Of a DNA stretch of 64,000 bases, positions 29,995 to 45,199 are shown in pieces (the stretch's first letter is position 1; every line of letters begins with the position of its first letter). This stretch comes from the human T2T-CHM13v2.0 reference genome, Homo sapiens. Position numbers and translations under genes: made by a program. The notes under the pieces are model-generated. The model did no database searches and was not told where the DNA came from. It saw only the letters and a program-made list of their open reading frames with translations. Location: assembly GCF_009914755.1 (NCBI RefSeq), contig NC_060926.1. One strand, given 5' to 3'.

Positions 29995-31419
29995 AGGTGT
30001 ATGTTTACCCAAACCCATTTTTATAACCTATCTGGTTTTGATTTTCTAGATTGTAATAGGACTTTTGACATTTTCTTCAAAACCTGACATTTTGTCACTT
30101 AACTGCTTTTCATTTTCAGCAAGCCTTTCACATTGATGTCTAATTGTGTATAATGGCCAATTACACACTGGAAAAATATGCATATTTGCTTGATTCTGGT
30201 TATATGACATATGATGAGTATGTTCATACATATTTATTAAAGCAGTTATTCATTCATAGCACAGCAAAAAAAAAAGAGTCAAAGACTGAATTTCAGGAGG
30301 TTATTAATGAAACATAAGAACTTAGTTTTGTCACCCCAAGTTGCAGGGACAATGAAAGCCACTGTCTCTTAGTTCACATCAGCCTAAGCTGCAGGACAGA
30401 GGAGATGACTTATGCTTCTGTCCAGGATAATTTCTTGCTCTTTTAAAGAGGTAGAATGATGTTACAGGTATGGGTTGATTGGATTTCAATTGCTGCTATT
30501 GTTTTGGTTATTTTTCATATTTAGTCAATACAATCTTCTCTATGCTTTTTGAAAAATCTGTACCGTAAACCTTAGAGGGGAAACAGTGAATCCACCATGT
30601 CTTGCAGAGGTCCAAAACCAAGTTAAAACCAGAAGCCATTGGGTCTTCAGCCTTTGGACCTGAAGGTGGAAGGTGGGTGAGAGAACTGCCTCCCCCATGT
30701 TCTCCCTTTCTTCCAGTGGCTTCATCACTCCTATTACATTGAGACTGAGGTGGGGAGTGGTTTGAGAGTTTTCCAGAGAGAAAGCTGATTTGTCCTTATG
30801 AGGCTAAAACTTTAAAGGTCTTGGGGTTCAAGAAAAGTTCAGGTCCAGGATCCAAAGTGGTTTGAGATTTCCTCCTGTTCTTCCTCACAGTAGTTCCACT
30901 GCCCTTCATCTTGGCAGAAGGGCCAATGGCCTATGTCACAGCCTTGCTGACAGCCCTGGGCTACAACAGAAGAATTCTTGCCCCTTCCCATCTCTGTGGG
31001 AGAGACACACTGGATTGTCACCAGCCTGTGAAATAAACCACCCACCTGGTCCATGGAACCATTTCAAGGCCAGAAAAGCCAGCCTTACTCAGCTGTGCCA
31101 TATGGGAAAGAAGAAACACTGTTTTTCCCCATATGGATTTGTCACACATTAATAAGAGGCATTTGCTCTCAGTCTCAGCCAAATGCCTTGGTTCTTAAAA
31201 CACATGAGAAGACGTGCTTGACTTAGCTTGCCAGGGAATTAGATATGTACTTCATAAAGTGAATCTAAACTAAAACTGTGTTGGGCTATTTTGTCCCTAC
31301 CTCATTGGAGAGACATCCCTGCAAATGGACAGCTAATCTCTTTAATGAGCAAAATACCCGAAGGCTGTTCTGGGGAAAGAGTCCAGCGTTTAACTGCTTC
31401 TTGCTGCACAGCTCTGGAA

Positions 31420-31585
31420 CGCAAAATTTTAGAGCAGAAAAGGACCTTGGAGATCATGAATTGCCCCCTCTCCCTTTCCACCTCATTTACCATGTAAAAA
31501 CTGAGGCCTCAAGAGGAAAGTGACTTGTTCAAGAGCACTCGTCTGTGTTGTGGCCTATAGGACTCTTACCCAGGTCTTTTCACTC
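31420..31585 (-). mobile_element. MIR
   Basis: ttagagcagaaaaggaccttggagatcat...aaactgaggcctcaagaggaaagtgacttgttcaag. Confidence 0.7.
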
Positions 31586-31594
31586 TTAACCCTC

Positions 31595-33672
<2,078 letters not shown>

Positions 33673-34719
33673 TTTCACTAAATCAGGGTTAGTGGCTATA
33701 TTCAGCTCCTCAAGAGAGTAGGTTGGGTTAGATGATTAAATATAAATGTGAAGTCTTGATGCTCAGCCAATTAAAAACCTATGAAGGCAAAGGATACAGA
33801 ACAGTACACAAAACCAAAGTTGAACCCTTGAGATGCAGGAGTGGATGTCATCACCTCTGTACCTTATTCAGAGTTGCTTAGGCTTGTGATCTTGTAGAAC
33901 CCCACCACCTGGGCTCCTCCCCACTCCTCCTTCCAACCAGATGTGTGTGGTCACTGGGAGAGAAAAATGGGTTCCTGGATCAAGCTTTGAGGGTATAGAA
34001 TCTCTAGTTACGTAAAATCGATCTATCCTGAAGGAGACAGCACTTTCTGCTACCTGTCTTCGTGATAGGGAAGACAGAGTCAAAGTAGAGAGCAGGTAAG
34101 AGAGGAATTAAGTCCATCCTCTGAGGTGGCACTTCTAGTTTTTTTGCCTTTATTTGGTGTCTTCCTTGGGAGCTCATTAATTGCTGAGGTATAGTTGATG
34201 TTGTATGAACTCACTCACCTATTGATACCATTGGAAGATGAAGGTAAACAGCTAGTGTACCAAGGAGCTGGTGTCCCTCTATGGCAGCCTTATTAGAAGG
34301 ATGTAGCTGTGCTGATAATTGAGCCCTCACTCAAGTGATGCTTTGATATGTGAAATAATGACAGCTTCTTATTGGAATTTTGTCTTGGGAGCAAAAGAAT
34401 GATAAAATTATAGCACCTCATTTTTTCAAGTTCCCTCTGCTTCTCTCACTTCTAAAAATGTAGCTTGAGGAGGTTAAGTAAGTAACTTGTACCAAGGCCA
34501 CACACTTAGTTCAGAGCTGCAATGTGCATCCAGGGCTCTCTGTCCCTGCTGCTTACAAAGAAGATGAGTTGGCAATCAGTGTAAAAATAGAGACACTAAT
34601 TGAATCAAGATGATATGTCATTTAGAGGTGAGGTAGAATGGAAAGAGAGTTGGTCTAAAATTTAATTTTGAAACATGCTGTACTCCCTGCAAAAATTCAT
34701 GGATTTGAAGAAACCTGGT

Positions 34720-34875
34720 CTAAAATTGTATTTATCAAATATTAAGGTGCATAGGAATCACCTGTAGATTCTAATTTAGTAGGTCTAAGTTGAGGCCTAA
34801 AGTTTGCCTTTCCAACAAGCTTCCAAGTTATGATGAATCTACTAGTCTACACTGTACACTTTGGGTAGCAAGGTC
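34720..34875. mobile_element. MER5-type hAT-Charlie element
   Basis: gtgcataggaatcacctg..agattctaatttagtaggtct...aacaagcttcc...acactttgggtagcaagg. Confidence 0.7.
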
Positions 34876-36734
34876 TTAAGATACAGCTAAGAGATCATAA
34901 AAGAGACAGCACATAGTCACTGGAGAGCAAATCATTCCTAGACTGTTGGCAACAACCTCAACACATTCAGCTGGTTGTGTGACTACATAGGCCCATGGAG
35001 AGGGTGCCATGTTGTCTCTCTCAGCTACTGCTTTCTTTGCCTGAGCTCCAAGGCCCTGTGCCTGGTATATAGAAAGGATCAGTCAATTGAAGCTGAAAAA
35101 GGGGCATATTTCTACTTCAGGAAACTCAGCTTTGATCAGGCATTTCTAAAGGTGATGGGGGAAAAGGATTTGGGAAAAGTAAGTGAAAATACACTTGGCT
35201 TGATCATCTGTTTTTCAATGGTGAGAAACAGCAGCAACCGTGATTAGACATGGCTCATTGGCTTCATGAAATCAGACATCAACAAAGGGCTTTGTTCACA
35301 GTACCTAAAAGACAGGACTGTGAGCACACCTGAAATTTTGCAACGCTCTTAAGACTTGAGTCAAGAAGTGGGAGCTGTGGCTCATGGGCTAATAGGATCC
35401 AATGCATTTCAGGTGGCATACTGAAAAGTAGAAAGAAAAAAGATTGGTGAAACACATCAAAAGGCTAATTATGATTGTCTTTGAGTGGATGCACTTTGTA
35501 TGTCTTTATTTTTTGACATGAGCTTTTATTTAGTTGTCATCATTCCTCATATATAATGATTATACTTTTTTCCCACTTAGAGATATAATTTGGGAATTCC
35601 TGTAAGCATAGTTCTAAATGGTGCATACTATTTTATTGAATGAATATAGCCAAGATGTCTGGCAAAGGGAAATGTATTAAATGATTATTTGTCTCCAATT
35701 CTTTGCTCTTTAAATTGACATTCTAATTAACATCTTTGTGTAAGACACTTTGGAAGTTCCACAGGGGGAACTGATGGAGTTTAAGAAAATGAGCCTAGTG
35801 TTTACTAAAGTTCTAAGAGATTGTCTTGTTCAGTGCCTTACTGTACTCCTCATGAAAATGGTGGCAGAGCTGCAATTTGAGCCTGCATGAGCCTATGCCC
35901 CTGTTCTTGGAAGATACAGATCATCACCTGTCCTTGGTTGAAGGTCCTCCAGGTTCTGGAATCCTAAGAGTAATACAATGCTCACCTTTTTTTCCTTTTC
36001 ATCACCTCTAGTGCCTCTTATTAGCTAGCATGCAGGTAAAAGGATGCGGCGAATTGTACAAATTCAGAAACATGTTAACTATCATGCCAGCTCCACCTCA
36101 TTCTACCTGAAAGAACTTGAACGTGAAACATAACCTCTCAGCTCATTTTATTTATTCATTAAAAAATTATCTTATTCATCTTGCAGGATACTTGTGAAGA
36201 ATAAATAAAAGAGAATTTGGCTGCATCTGGAATGGTTCCCAGCTGCATAAAGTGCACCTAACATAGCATCTATCTTAGATCTTAGAGGATGTTGTTGAAG
36301 ATTAAAGGGCAGTGCGCTTAAAGAGCTGACCCTTATCCCTTTCTTCCACTTTCTTACACTGCAGATTTCTTCTCATTTGTTCACACACATCTTCATTATA
36401 AACAAACCAACACAAAGTAGCTGAATGAAACAGCAAAATCACTAAAATCCATGTTTCATTGAACATTGTAGGACACAGACTGACTTGTTCTCTCAAGAGG
36501 TTATTCAACATGTCTTTTTACAATATTTAATAGTGTTATTTGATAACAACAGTTTTTCCAACTTAGATACTTCTTTCTCCATTCCAAATAGATTCTGACC
36601 TACCACAGTGTAGAATGTCACTACATTTTTCTTATTATTTGAGCTTTTCTGAGCAAGGTGATTCTGCAACAGATCTTTAAACAGCTTTCCAACAGTGCAA
36701 TTAAACAATCTTACCAAAAAAAAAAAAAAAAAAA

Positions 36735-36900
36735 AGGTAAGTGTATAAGATAATGGACAGGTTAATTTGCTTGGTTTACCTTCCCACAATATATGCATAT
36801 TTTAAAACATCATGTTGTACACCATAAATATATACAGCTTTTAATATATACAGCTTTTATTTGTCAGTTAAAAAACCCCAAAAACAATAAAAGTAATAAT
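36735..36900 (+). mobile_element. L1MA-type 3'-end fragment
   Basis: aaaacatcatgttgtacaccataaatatatac...tttatttgtcagttaaaaaa; internal duplication of aatatatacagctttta. Confidence 0.75.
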
Positions 36901-36915
36901 AATCACTTCAAGTGA

Positions 36916-36925
<10 letters not shown>

Positions 36926-36947
<22 letters not shown>

Positions 36948-36968
36948 TTGCAGCCGCTGGATAGAATA
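36926..36968 (-). mobile_element. Poly(A)-tailed micro-insertion with TSD inside a MIR (MIR continues to ~37100)
   Basis: tcaagtgattttcttttc + T tract + gcagccgctggatagaata + tcaaggtgatttccttttc. Confidence 0.6.
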
Positions 36969-37224
36969 TCAAGGTGATTTCCTTTTCTGTAAAATAAAGA
37001 AAATAATAGTATGTAACTTATAAGATTGTTTTTAGCTTTAAAAGATGTAATACGTGTAAAGTACTCCACACAGGGCTTAATACATAAAAAGTACCATCAA
37101 AAATACTCATTATTAATACTGTTTTGTCCCTATGTCTTCTCCTCTATCAGATATCAAAAACTTATTCACTATTGCATGCTTTTTTAAAAAGTGTCACTGC
37201 AAAGCTTATAGGTTCATGTACTGG

Positions 37225-39685
37225 CAGGCATACCTCAGAGATATTGTGGGCTCAGTTCCAGACCACCACAATAAAGTGAATATCACGATAAAGTGAGTCA
37301 CATAATTTTTTGGTTTCCTAGTGCATATAAAAGTTAGGTTGACACCGTACTGTAGTCTATTAGGTGTGGAATAGCATTATGTCTAAAAGACAATGTACAT
37401 AACTTCATTAAACATAGTTTATTGCTATTATATGCTGCATAATTTTATTACAACATATTTTATGGCTAAAAATGCTTATGATCATCTGATTATCTATTAT
37501 GACCTTCAGCAAGTCATAATCTTAAACTTTTTGCTGGTGAAGGGTCTTGCTTCAATGTTGAGGCTGCTGGCTGCTAAGTAAGGGTAGTGGTTGCTAAAGG
37601 TTGAGGTGGCTATGGTAATTTCCTAAAAAAGAGGCAACAATGATGTTTACCACATTAATTGACTCATGCTTTTATGAAAGATTTCTCTGTGATATGTAAT
37701 GCTGTTTGATAGCATTTTGTCCTCTGTAGGACTTCTTTCAAAGTTTCAAATCCACTGGTTGAGTGTTGAAAAAAAAAAAAGAAAAGAAAATTTCAAAGAG
37801 TCAATTCTCTTAAACCCTGCTACTGCTTTACAAACTAATGTTATGTAATATTCTAAATCCTTTGATGTCATTTCAACAACATTCATAGTGTTTTCACCAG
37901 GAGTAGATTCCATCTCAAGGAACAACTTTCTTTGGTCATCCATAAAAAGCAACTCCTCATTCATTCAAATTTGATCCTGAGATTGCAACAATTCTGTCAC
38001 ATCTTCAGGTTCTACCTCTGATTCTAATTCTCTTGCTATTTCCACCACACCTTCAGTTACTTCCTCCACTGAAGTCTCGAACCACTCAAGGTTGTCTATG
38101 AAGGTTGGAATCAGCTTCTTTTGAACTCCTGTTAAGGTTGCTATTTTGACATTTCCCATGAATCATGAATTTATTAAGTTCACATTTATTAACAATTCAC
38201 CATCTAGAATGGTGAATTTTTGCCAGGGAGTTTTCAATTTCCTTTTCCCAGATTCATCACAGGAATCACTATCTATGGCAGCTATAGCCTTATGAAATGT
38301 ATTTCTTAAATAATAAGACTTGAAAATCAAAATGACTCCTTAGACCATGGCTGCAGAATGCATCTTGTGTTAGCAGTCTCTGTCAGAGCTCTTGAATGAC
38401 CAGGTGCATTGGCAATGAGCACGAATAATTTGAAAGGTTGTTTGTTTTTTTCTGAGCAGTAGGTCTCAACAGTGGGCTTAAAATATGCAGTAAACCATGC
38501 TGTAAACCATGCTATCATCCAGGCTTTGTTGTTTCATTTATAGAGCATAGACACAGTAGATTTTAAGGACCCTAGGCTTTTCAGAAAGGTCAGTGAGCAC
38601 TGGCTTCAACTTCAAGTCACCAGCTGCATTAGTCCCTAATAAGCTAGAGTCTTTTGAAGTTTTGAAGCCAGGCATGGACTACTCTTCTCTAGTTAAGGAA
38701 GTCTTAGATGGGATCTTCTTCCAATATAAGGCTGTTTTGTCTGTATTGAAAATGTCTTGTTTAGTTTTGCTACCTTCAATTATCTTAGCTAGATCTTCTG
38801 GATAACTTGCTGTAGCTTCACCTTGCTCTTTTATATCATGGAGATGGCTTCTTTCCTCATAAACCTTATGAGCCAACCTCTTATTACTTCCAATTTCCAT
38901 CTACAGCTTCCTCAACTCTCTCAGCCTTCACAGATTGAAGAGAGTTAGGCCTTGCTCTGGATTAGGCTTTGGCTTAAGGGGGTGTTGTGGCTGGTTTGAT
39001 CTTCTATTCAGACCACTGAAACTTTCTCCATATCAGCAATAAGGGTGTTTCACTGTTACGATTTTGTGTTCACTGGAGTAGCACTTTCAATTTTCTTCAA
39101 GAATTTTGTCTTTGCATTCACAACTTGGCTAATTGTTTGGTACAAGAGGCCTAATTTTACCCTTATGTCAGCTTTTGACATGCCTTCTCATTAAGCTTAA
39201 TCATTTCTAACTTTTGATTTGAACTGAGAGATGTGCAACTCTTCCTTTCACTGGAACCCTTAGAGGTCATTGTAGGGTTATTAGTTGGCCTAATTTCAAT
39301 ATTGCTGGGTCTCAGGGAATAGGAAGTCTAAGGAGAGGGAGAGAGATAAGGGAATGGCATTTAGGTGAGGCAGTTGGAACACACATAACATTTATTAAGT
39401 TCACTGTCCTATATGGGTATGGTTCATGGTACCCCAAAACAATTCCAGTGGTAGTACCAAAGACCAAAGATCACCCATAACAGATATAGTAATAATGAAA
39501 AAGTTTGAGATATTATGAGAATTACCAAAATGTGACACAAAGATATGAAGCGAGTTTGTAGTCCTGGAAAAAAACAGGGTATATAGATTTGCTGGTTGTG
39601 GGGTTGCCACAAACCTTCAACTTGTAAAATATTCAAGATCTGTCAAGTGCAATAAAGTGAAGCACCATAAAATGAGCTATGCCTT
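37225..39685 (-). mobile_element. Near full-length Tigger1 (TcMar-Tigger/pogo) DNA transposon, transposase disrupted
   Basis: Terminal inverted repeats caggcatacctc / gagctatgcct; ~2.46 kb. Transposase fragments [22 protein letters not shown] (38679-38900), [18 protein letters not shown] (38327-38518), ARELESEVEPEDVTELLQS, EELLFMDDQRK.FLEMESTPGE. Confidence 0.95.
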
Positions 39686-39900
39686 TTGTTATTTTTGCGA
39701 AAGAAGTGCCAGGTTTAGGCTTGTTTGAATTGCCACAACAATAAAACCCAAAACACAATTATGTCTGTGTTTGCTTAGATTGATGATCAATGGTTATTCC
39801 CAGTTTACTGTTCTCACAGGGGAAGTGCTGTCAACTTTGCTATCAAGTTCAACATTATGTTCTCCGCAACAATACTGTGCCTATCAAAACCTTTGGGGGG

Positions 39901-40277
39901 TGCTGTGGTTTGAATGTGTCCTCCCGAAAGCATGTGTTGACAACTTAATCCCCAATGAAACAGTGTTGAGAGATGGGGCCTAATAGGAGGTAGTTTGGGT
40001 CATGAGGGTTCTGCCCTCATTAATAAATTAATGTGGATTATAAAAGGGTCCAAGGCTGTGCATTTGGCCCACCCCCATAACCATCTCTATCTCTACCTCT
40101 TTCTCTCCTTTCCGCCTTCGGCCATGGCATGATGCAGCAAGAAGGCCCTTACCAGATGCTGGTGCTCCTCAATCTTGGACTTCTCAGCCTTCAGAACTAT
40201 GAGAAATAGATCTCAAATCTTTATAAATTACCCACTCTCAGGTAGTCTGTTGTAGCAGCATAAAACTGACTAAGGCA
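39901..40277 (+). mobile_element. MSTB-type MaLR solo LTR
   Basis: tgctgtggtttgaatgtgtcc...gcagcaagaaggcccttaccagatgc...tataaattacccactctcagg...gactaaggca; 5-bp TSD ggggg/agggg. Confidence 0.9.
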
Positions 40278-40712
40278 AGGGGTTTCTTATTCCCATGCTT
40301 CTCTTTCACTGTCTTGTGTATTTTTGCTTGTTTCAAGCATATCCTTTAAGCCATCTGTTTTTAATTACTGATCTGTGTTCCAGTTCAAATCTACTTTAAT
40401 TTTTTTTCATTTTTAAAGGTAGATAAATCATGACAGTAACATAACTAACAGTTTTCCACACATTTGAGTTATCAAGGAAATTGCTAGGCTAAGAAAAAAA
40501 ATATACATATGCATAAATCTATAAGCAACACATTAAATCAAGTACAATCCTGGCAGGAAGCTAAAAGGATTCATGAAAGCCAGTGGTATTTTCGTTTTTG
40601 TTTGTTTTTCAGTCAAATGTAAAGAAAAACAAATGCTGGTTTGCACAATGAGAAACTCAAAATGTGTTTAGTAGACATGCTACAAACACACACATACAAT
40701 CAGCTGATCAGG

Positions 40713-41218
40713 TGTATCAGTTAGCTATTGGTACATAACAAATCACCCCAAAACCTAGTGGCTTAAAACAACAACCATTATTTAGCTCTTTATTCTGTGC
40801 ATTGGTAATTTGTGTTGGGCTTAGTTGAATAGTACTGCTGGTCTTGCTTGGGGTCTCTCACAATGTTGCAGTCAAATGGAGGCCCAACTGGGACACTGAG
40901 AATTTTCTCCTTTCCATATATTCTTAAGTCCTCTCCTCTCCATCTGGCCTCTCCACATGGTCTTTCCACATGGTCTCCCCAGCAGGGTAGTTGGACTTCT
41001 GACATGATGGCTCACAGTTTGCAAAAGTGTGAGAATAGAAGCTGCCAGGGCTTCTTAATGGCTAGATTCAGAAGTCCTACATTGTCACTTCTGCTGTATT
41101 TCACTGGCTAAAGCAAGTCATAGACCAGCCCAGGTTCAGTGTGGAAGTGGAACACATAAGAGCATGAATACCAAAAGGCATGGTTCACTGGGGCCATTTT
41201 TGGAAACTAAAAATCACA
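40713..41218 (-). mobile_element. MLT1H/G-like MaLR solo LTR
   Basis: tgtatcagttagctattg..cataacaaatcaccccaaaacctagtggcttaaaacaacaacc...ggttcactggggccatttt. Confidence 0.85.
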
Positions 41219-41289
41219 TTATCTATATTGAGGTAAAATTTGTCTTTGTTTTCTCTTGATTCTCTCTACATTCTGTGTAACGTGGAATA

Positions 41290-42480
41290 GATCCATTTTA
41301 TGTGACAGGCTTTCAGATGATTTGAAATAGCTCTGATGCTTCCCTTACCACCAAATATCTACGTTAAATGTTCCCAGTTTTATCAAACACACCTTACATG
41401 ACACAGTTTTAAATTTTCTAATCACTATGGTCATTCTCATATGGAGTCTGCCCCAGTTTATCAGTGTCCAAATAAAAGACTGGCACTGGGCACTGAGCAG
41501 AACTGTTTAAGATGAAAGGACAGTATGTAGTAGACAGAATAATGCCCCCCACCCAAGATGTCCAAGCCCTAATCTCTGGAACCTATAACTCTTTGGCCTT
41601 ATACAGCAACAGAACTTTGCATATGCCATTAAGGTTATAGACCACAAGAGGAGGCAGGTTATCCTGGATAGTCTAGGCAGACACAGTCTAATCACATGAG
41701 TTCTTAAAAGCAGAAAATCTTTCCTAGTGACAAAAAGAGAGATGTGGTGATGGAAGAAGGGTCAGAGAGACATGGTGTGAGAAAGACTCCACCTTCCATT
41801 GGTGGCTTTGAAGATGGAAGGAAGATGGCCTTGAGCCAAGGAATGCGGCTTCCTTTAGAAGCCTGAAATGGTCCTTATCATATAGCCAGCAAGAAAATGG
41901 CGACTTTGGTGCTTTAAACCCAAGGAATGGAATTCCACCAACAACCAGAACTAGCAGGAAATGAATTCTCCCATAGAGCCTCCAGAAAATAATGCAGTCT
42001 GCCAACACCTGGATTTTAGTTCAGTGAGACCTATACTGGACTTCTGACCTTCAGAACTGTAAAAAAAATAATTTTGTGTCGTTTTAAACCACTAAATTTG
42101 TGGTCTTTTGTTAAGGCAGCAACAGAAAACTAATACCGTACTCCATGATCTCTTTTGAGCAGGAAGATAATTAAGGCATCCTATATTTTGGAGAGGAATC
42201 TGACCTAGGCGTGCCTCAGCTTTGCTGGCAATAACATTGTTGATTCATGCGGAGCTTACATTCAACAAAAACACAAAGTCTTTTTCACATAAGCAGCTGT
42301 GATTGGAAATGTTTTACCCTTTAATAATCAAATGCAAAATGGTACATTTAGCTCAGTTCATTTTCATCATGTTAGATTCAGTCTATCATTCTAGCCTGTC
42401 AAGATATTTTGGAATCTGGTTTCTGTCATCCAAATATTTCAGCCATCCCCTCCCAGTTCTGGATCATTTCAACATCTGAC
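41290..42480 (-). mobile_element. L3/CR1 relic, interrupted by an MLT1 LTR
   Basis: Reverse complement of 42360-42480 follows the CR1 RT motif (ctgggagg..ggatgacaga..gattccaaaatatcttgacaggctagaa..gaatctaacatgatgaaa). Confidence 0.7.
41526..42137 (+). mobile_element. MLT1E/D-like MaLR solo LTR
   Basis: tgtagtagacagaataatgcccccc..aagatgtcc...ctggacttctgaccttcagaactgtaa...gcagcaacagaaaactaatac; ~610 bp. Confidence 0.9.
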
Positions 42481-42489
42481 CTGCCCCAT

Positions 42490-42860
42490 CACTGAACATG
42501 ACCTGCAGGTTCCTTCTGACATCCTGGGGTGACGCTGTTCCCTCCACTCTAGTGCTCATGTGTTGAACTCCCACTTCTTATGGAAAGCCTGTGTATTTTC
42601 AAAGTGCAGCTCAAATTCCATGTCTTTCATAGAACCTTGCCTGATAACACCAACGGGAAGTGCTTTGTCCCCACTTCTACTCCATATGAGTTTCTCATTT
42701 GCACCATTGATATGGTAAAAATTGACTTATATGGTAACTATCTGTTTACATATCTTTTCAATTGTAGGCCTTTTGAAGACAAGGCTTGTCTTTTTCAATT
42801 TTTATATCCCCTAAAGCCACTGGCCTCATGCCTAGTACATAATAGGTGCTTTATGGAAAA
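42490..42860 (+). mobile_element. L2 fragment
   Basis: ttcaaagtgcagctcaaattcc...tgcctagtacataataggtgct. Confidence 0.6.
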
Positions 42861-44479
42861 CAATAATCCATTTAGCAAGTCCTAATTGAGCCAAGATGTA
42901 GTACTCTAAAGCATTCATGTTTTCTTTAAATGGGTTGAGAAAAATACATATGCAAGCAAGTACATCATTGCAAATAAGGAATTTGATGCACAAGCAGAGG
43001 TTCTTTTTGGGAAAAATTATGACTTAGAGCACTATGTGTGTACTTCATTGCTTGTGAGAATGCAATGTCATATGCCTGAAATTATAAGGCTACTGTATCT
43101 TGGGCTGTCTAAACTGGGCTTTAACTCAAGCACCTAGCATGACACCTAAGACGGAGAACACATTTAATCCATTTGGCAATTTGTTTAACTGTGATTTGTT
43201 AAAGGACCAACTCAGCCATTTGTCTCACATTAATTCAGCATCATTTCAATGCCATTGGCAATGTCAGCACCAAGCTTTAAGCATAGATGGATAATGAATC
43301 AGTTAGGATAACATCACCTGTCAACTATAGAAACCCCCAAGTCAAATTGACCGAAGTTGAAGGATGTTTGTAGATAATACGAAAAGAAATCCAGAAGGAG
43401 GCCAATTTTAGGGTTGGCTCTTCAATCACTAAATAATATCATAAAGACCTCTTTACTTCTATCGTAAGAGTCTTTGTATTTTCTGACCTGCTATGCTCCA
43501 GCTAACTCCTCTCAGGGTGCCAAGAAGGCTGCCTCATTTCAGCCACGGCACCTTTTGGCAGAACAAGAGGCTGCATCATGAAGTAAATGGAGGGATCTTT
43601 TCCGCAAACCTCCCAAAAGACTTCCTTCCATTTATTAGTGCTAACCAAAAGTGGGGGCACATCCCCACTCAAAACCAATCGCTGGCCAGGCAAAGGAATC
43701 ACCATGCTTGTGATGTGAAACATATGGTTTCGTGGAGAAGGGTATAATTCCCAATCTACCACGGGTTCTGTTAGAAAGAAACAAGGGGGTGAAATGCTGA
43801 AAAGGCAACCAACAAAATCTACAGTCACCAGTGCCAGTAACTGAACCCAAACTATATATATTCCTTTTTTTTTTTAATAATTTCTATTTTTCTTGCTGTC
43901 CCCTTCTCTGAGTCAGCCATGCTTTTGTTAAACTATGTTGAGAAGTTAAAACTTACTGGTATCATATCAATATTAATTACTTTTATCCTAAAGTGGAAAA
44001 ACACACAAGTACACACAGACATACACAATTGTTGTTTGCCAACCTCATTCTTGCCATAGTTTTTGAAAATGAAAAAATCTTTGTCAGTTGCCAACCTCTT
44101 GAGTTTCCATCCTGTGTCAGAATTTATTCCTCTGGCTTCCAAGTAGAGAATGATGGCTTATGGCTCAGATGAAGCCCTTGAAATTGGGATCACTTAATGG
44201 AAACAGACATTTACCCTTCCAGATAGAGTCAAAATGTTTAGCCCACAACTGAAATTTAACTTCTTTTTGTAATTTTCAGAGTCTGCAAAATGGAATGTAA
44301 GTTTAAGGAAATGCCCTTGAAGCTTTTTTTTTTTTTTTTTTTTTTGGCAAAGAAAGAAATGCAAGAGATTCCTTTACTATTTTTAAATTTCTAAAAATGT
44401 GTCTCTTTTATTTTAACGATTAAATCAATAAGCCAATCTTTACCATTCTTAAATCACCGCACAAGCTTGCATTTGCAAA

Positions 44480-44680
44480 CACATTGTACACTTTTTAAAT
44501 AACTTTTATATTATTTGATATTTGGTTCTCAAAATAGCTACATAAGGTAGGTGGAACCAGTCTTGTTATCATTGTAAATGGGAAAAGTGAGTTTCAGAGA
44601 TGTTAACTGACTTGACTTGAAGTCACACAACATGGTAGTGGCAAAGCATGGCCTGGTGGTGAGCTATTATAATTCTTAAA
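44480..44680 (-). mobile_element. MIR
   Basis: aaatgggaaaagtgagtttcagagatgttaactgacttgacttgaagtcacacaa. Confidence 0.7.
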
Positions 44681-44841
44681 CTACATTTCCCTAATCACAA
44701 GTAGTTATATGATAATGTGTTCTCCTTTTTTTTTTTCCAATTATTTGAGTGAACAGATCAAATATCAAAAAGAACCTCCAACTTGTGGGAATTAGGAAAT
44801 TCCACAGAGGATTATCAAAGTTATAGTAACTACCTTTCCTA

Positions 44842-45199
<358 letters not shown>

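Noticed and set aside
36950-36968. Micro-insert as the RMRP 3' end
   Set aside because: Only patchy similarity (ATTCT...GCGGCTG) to the recalled sequence; insufficient
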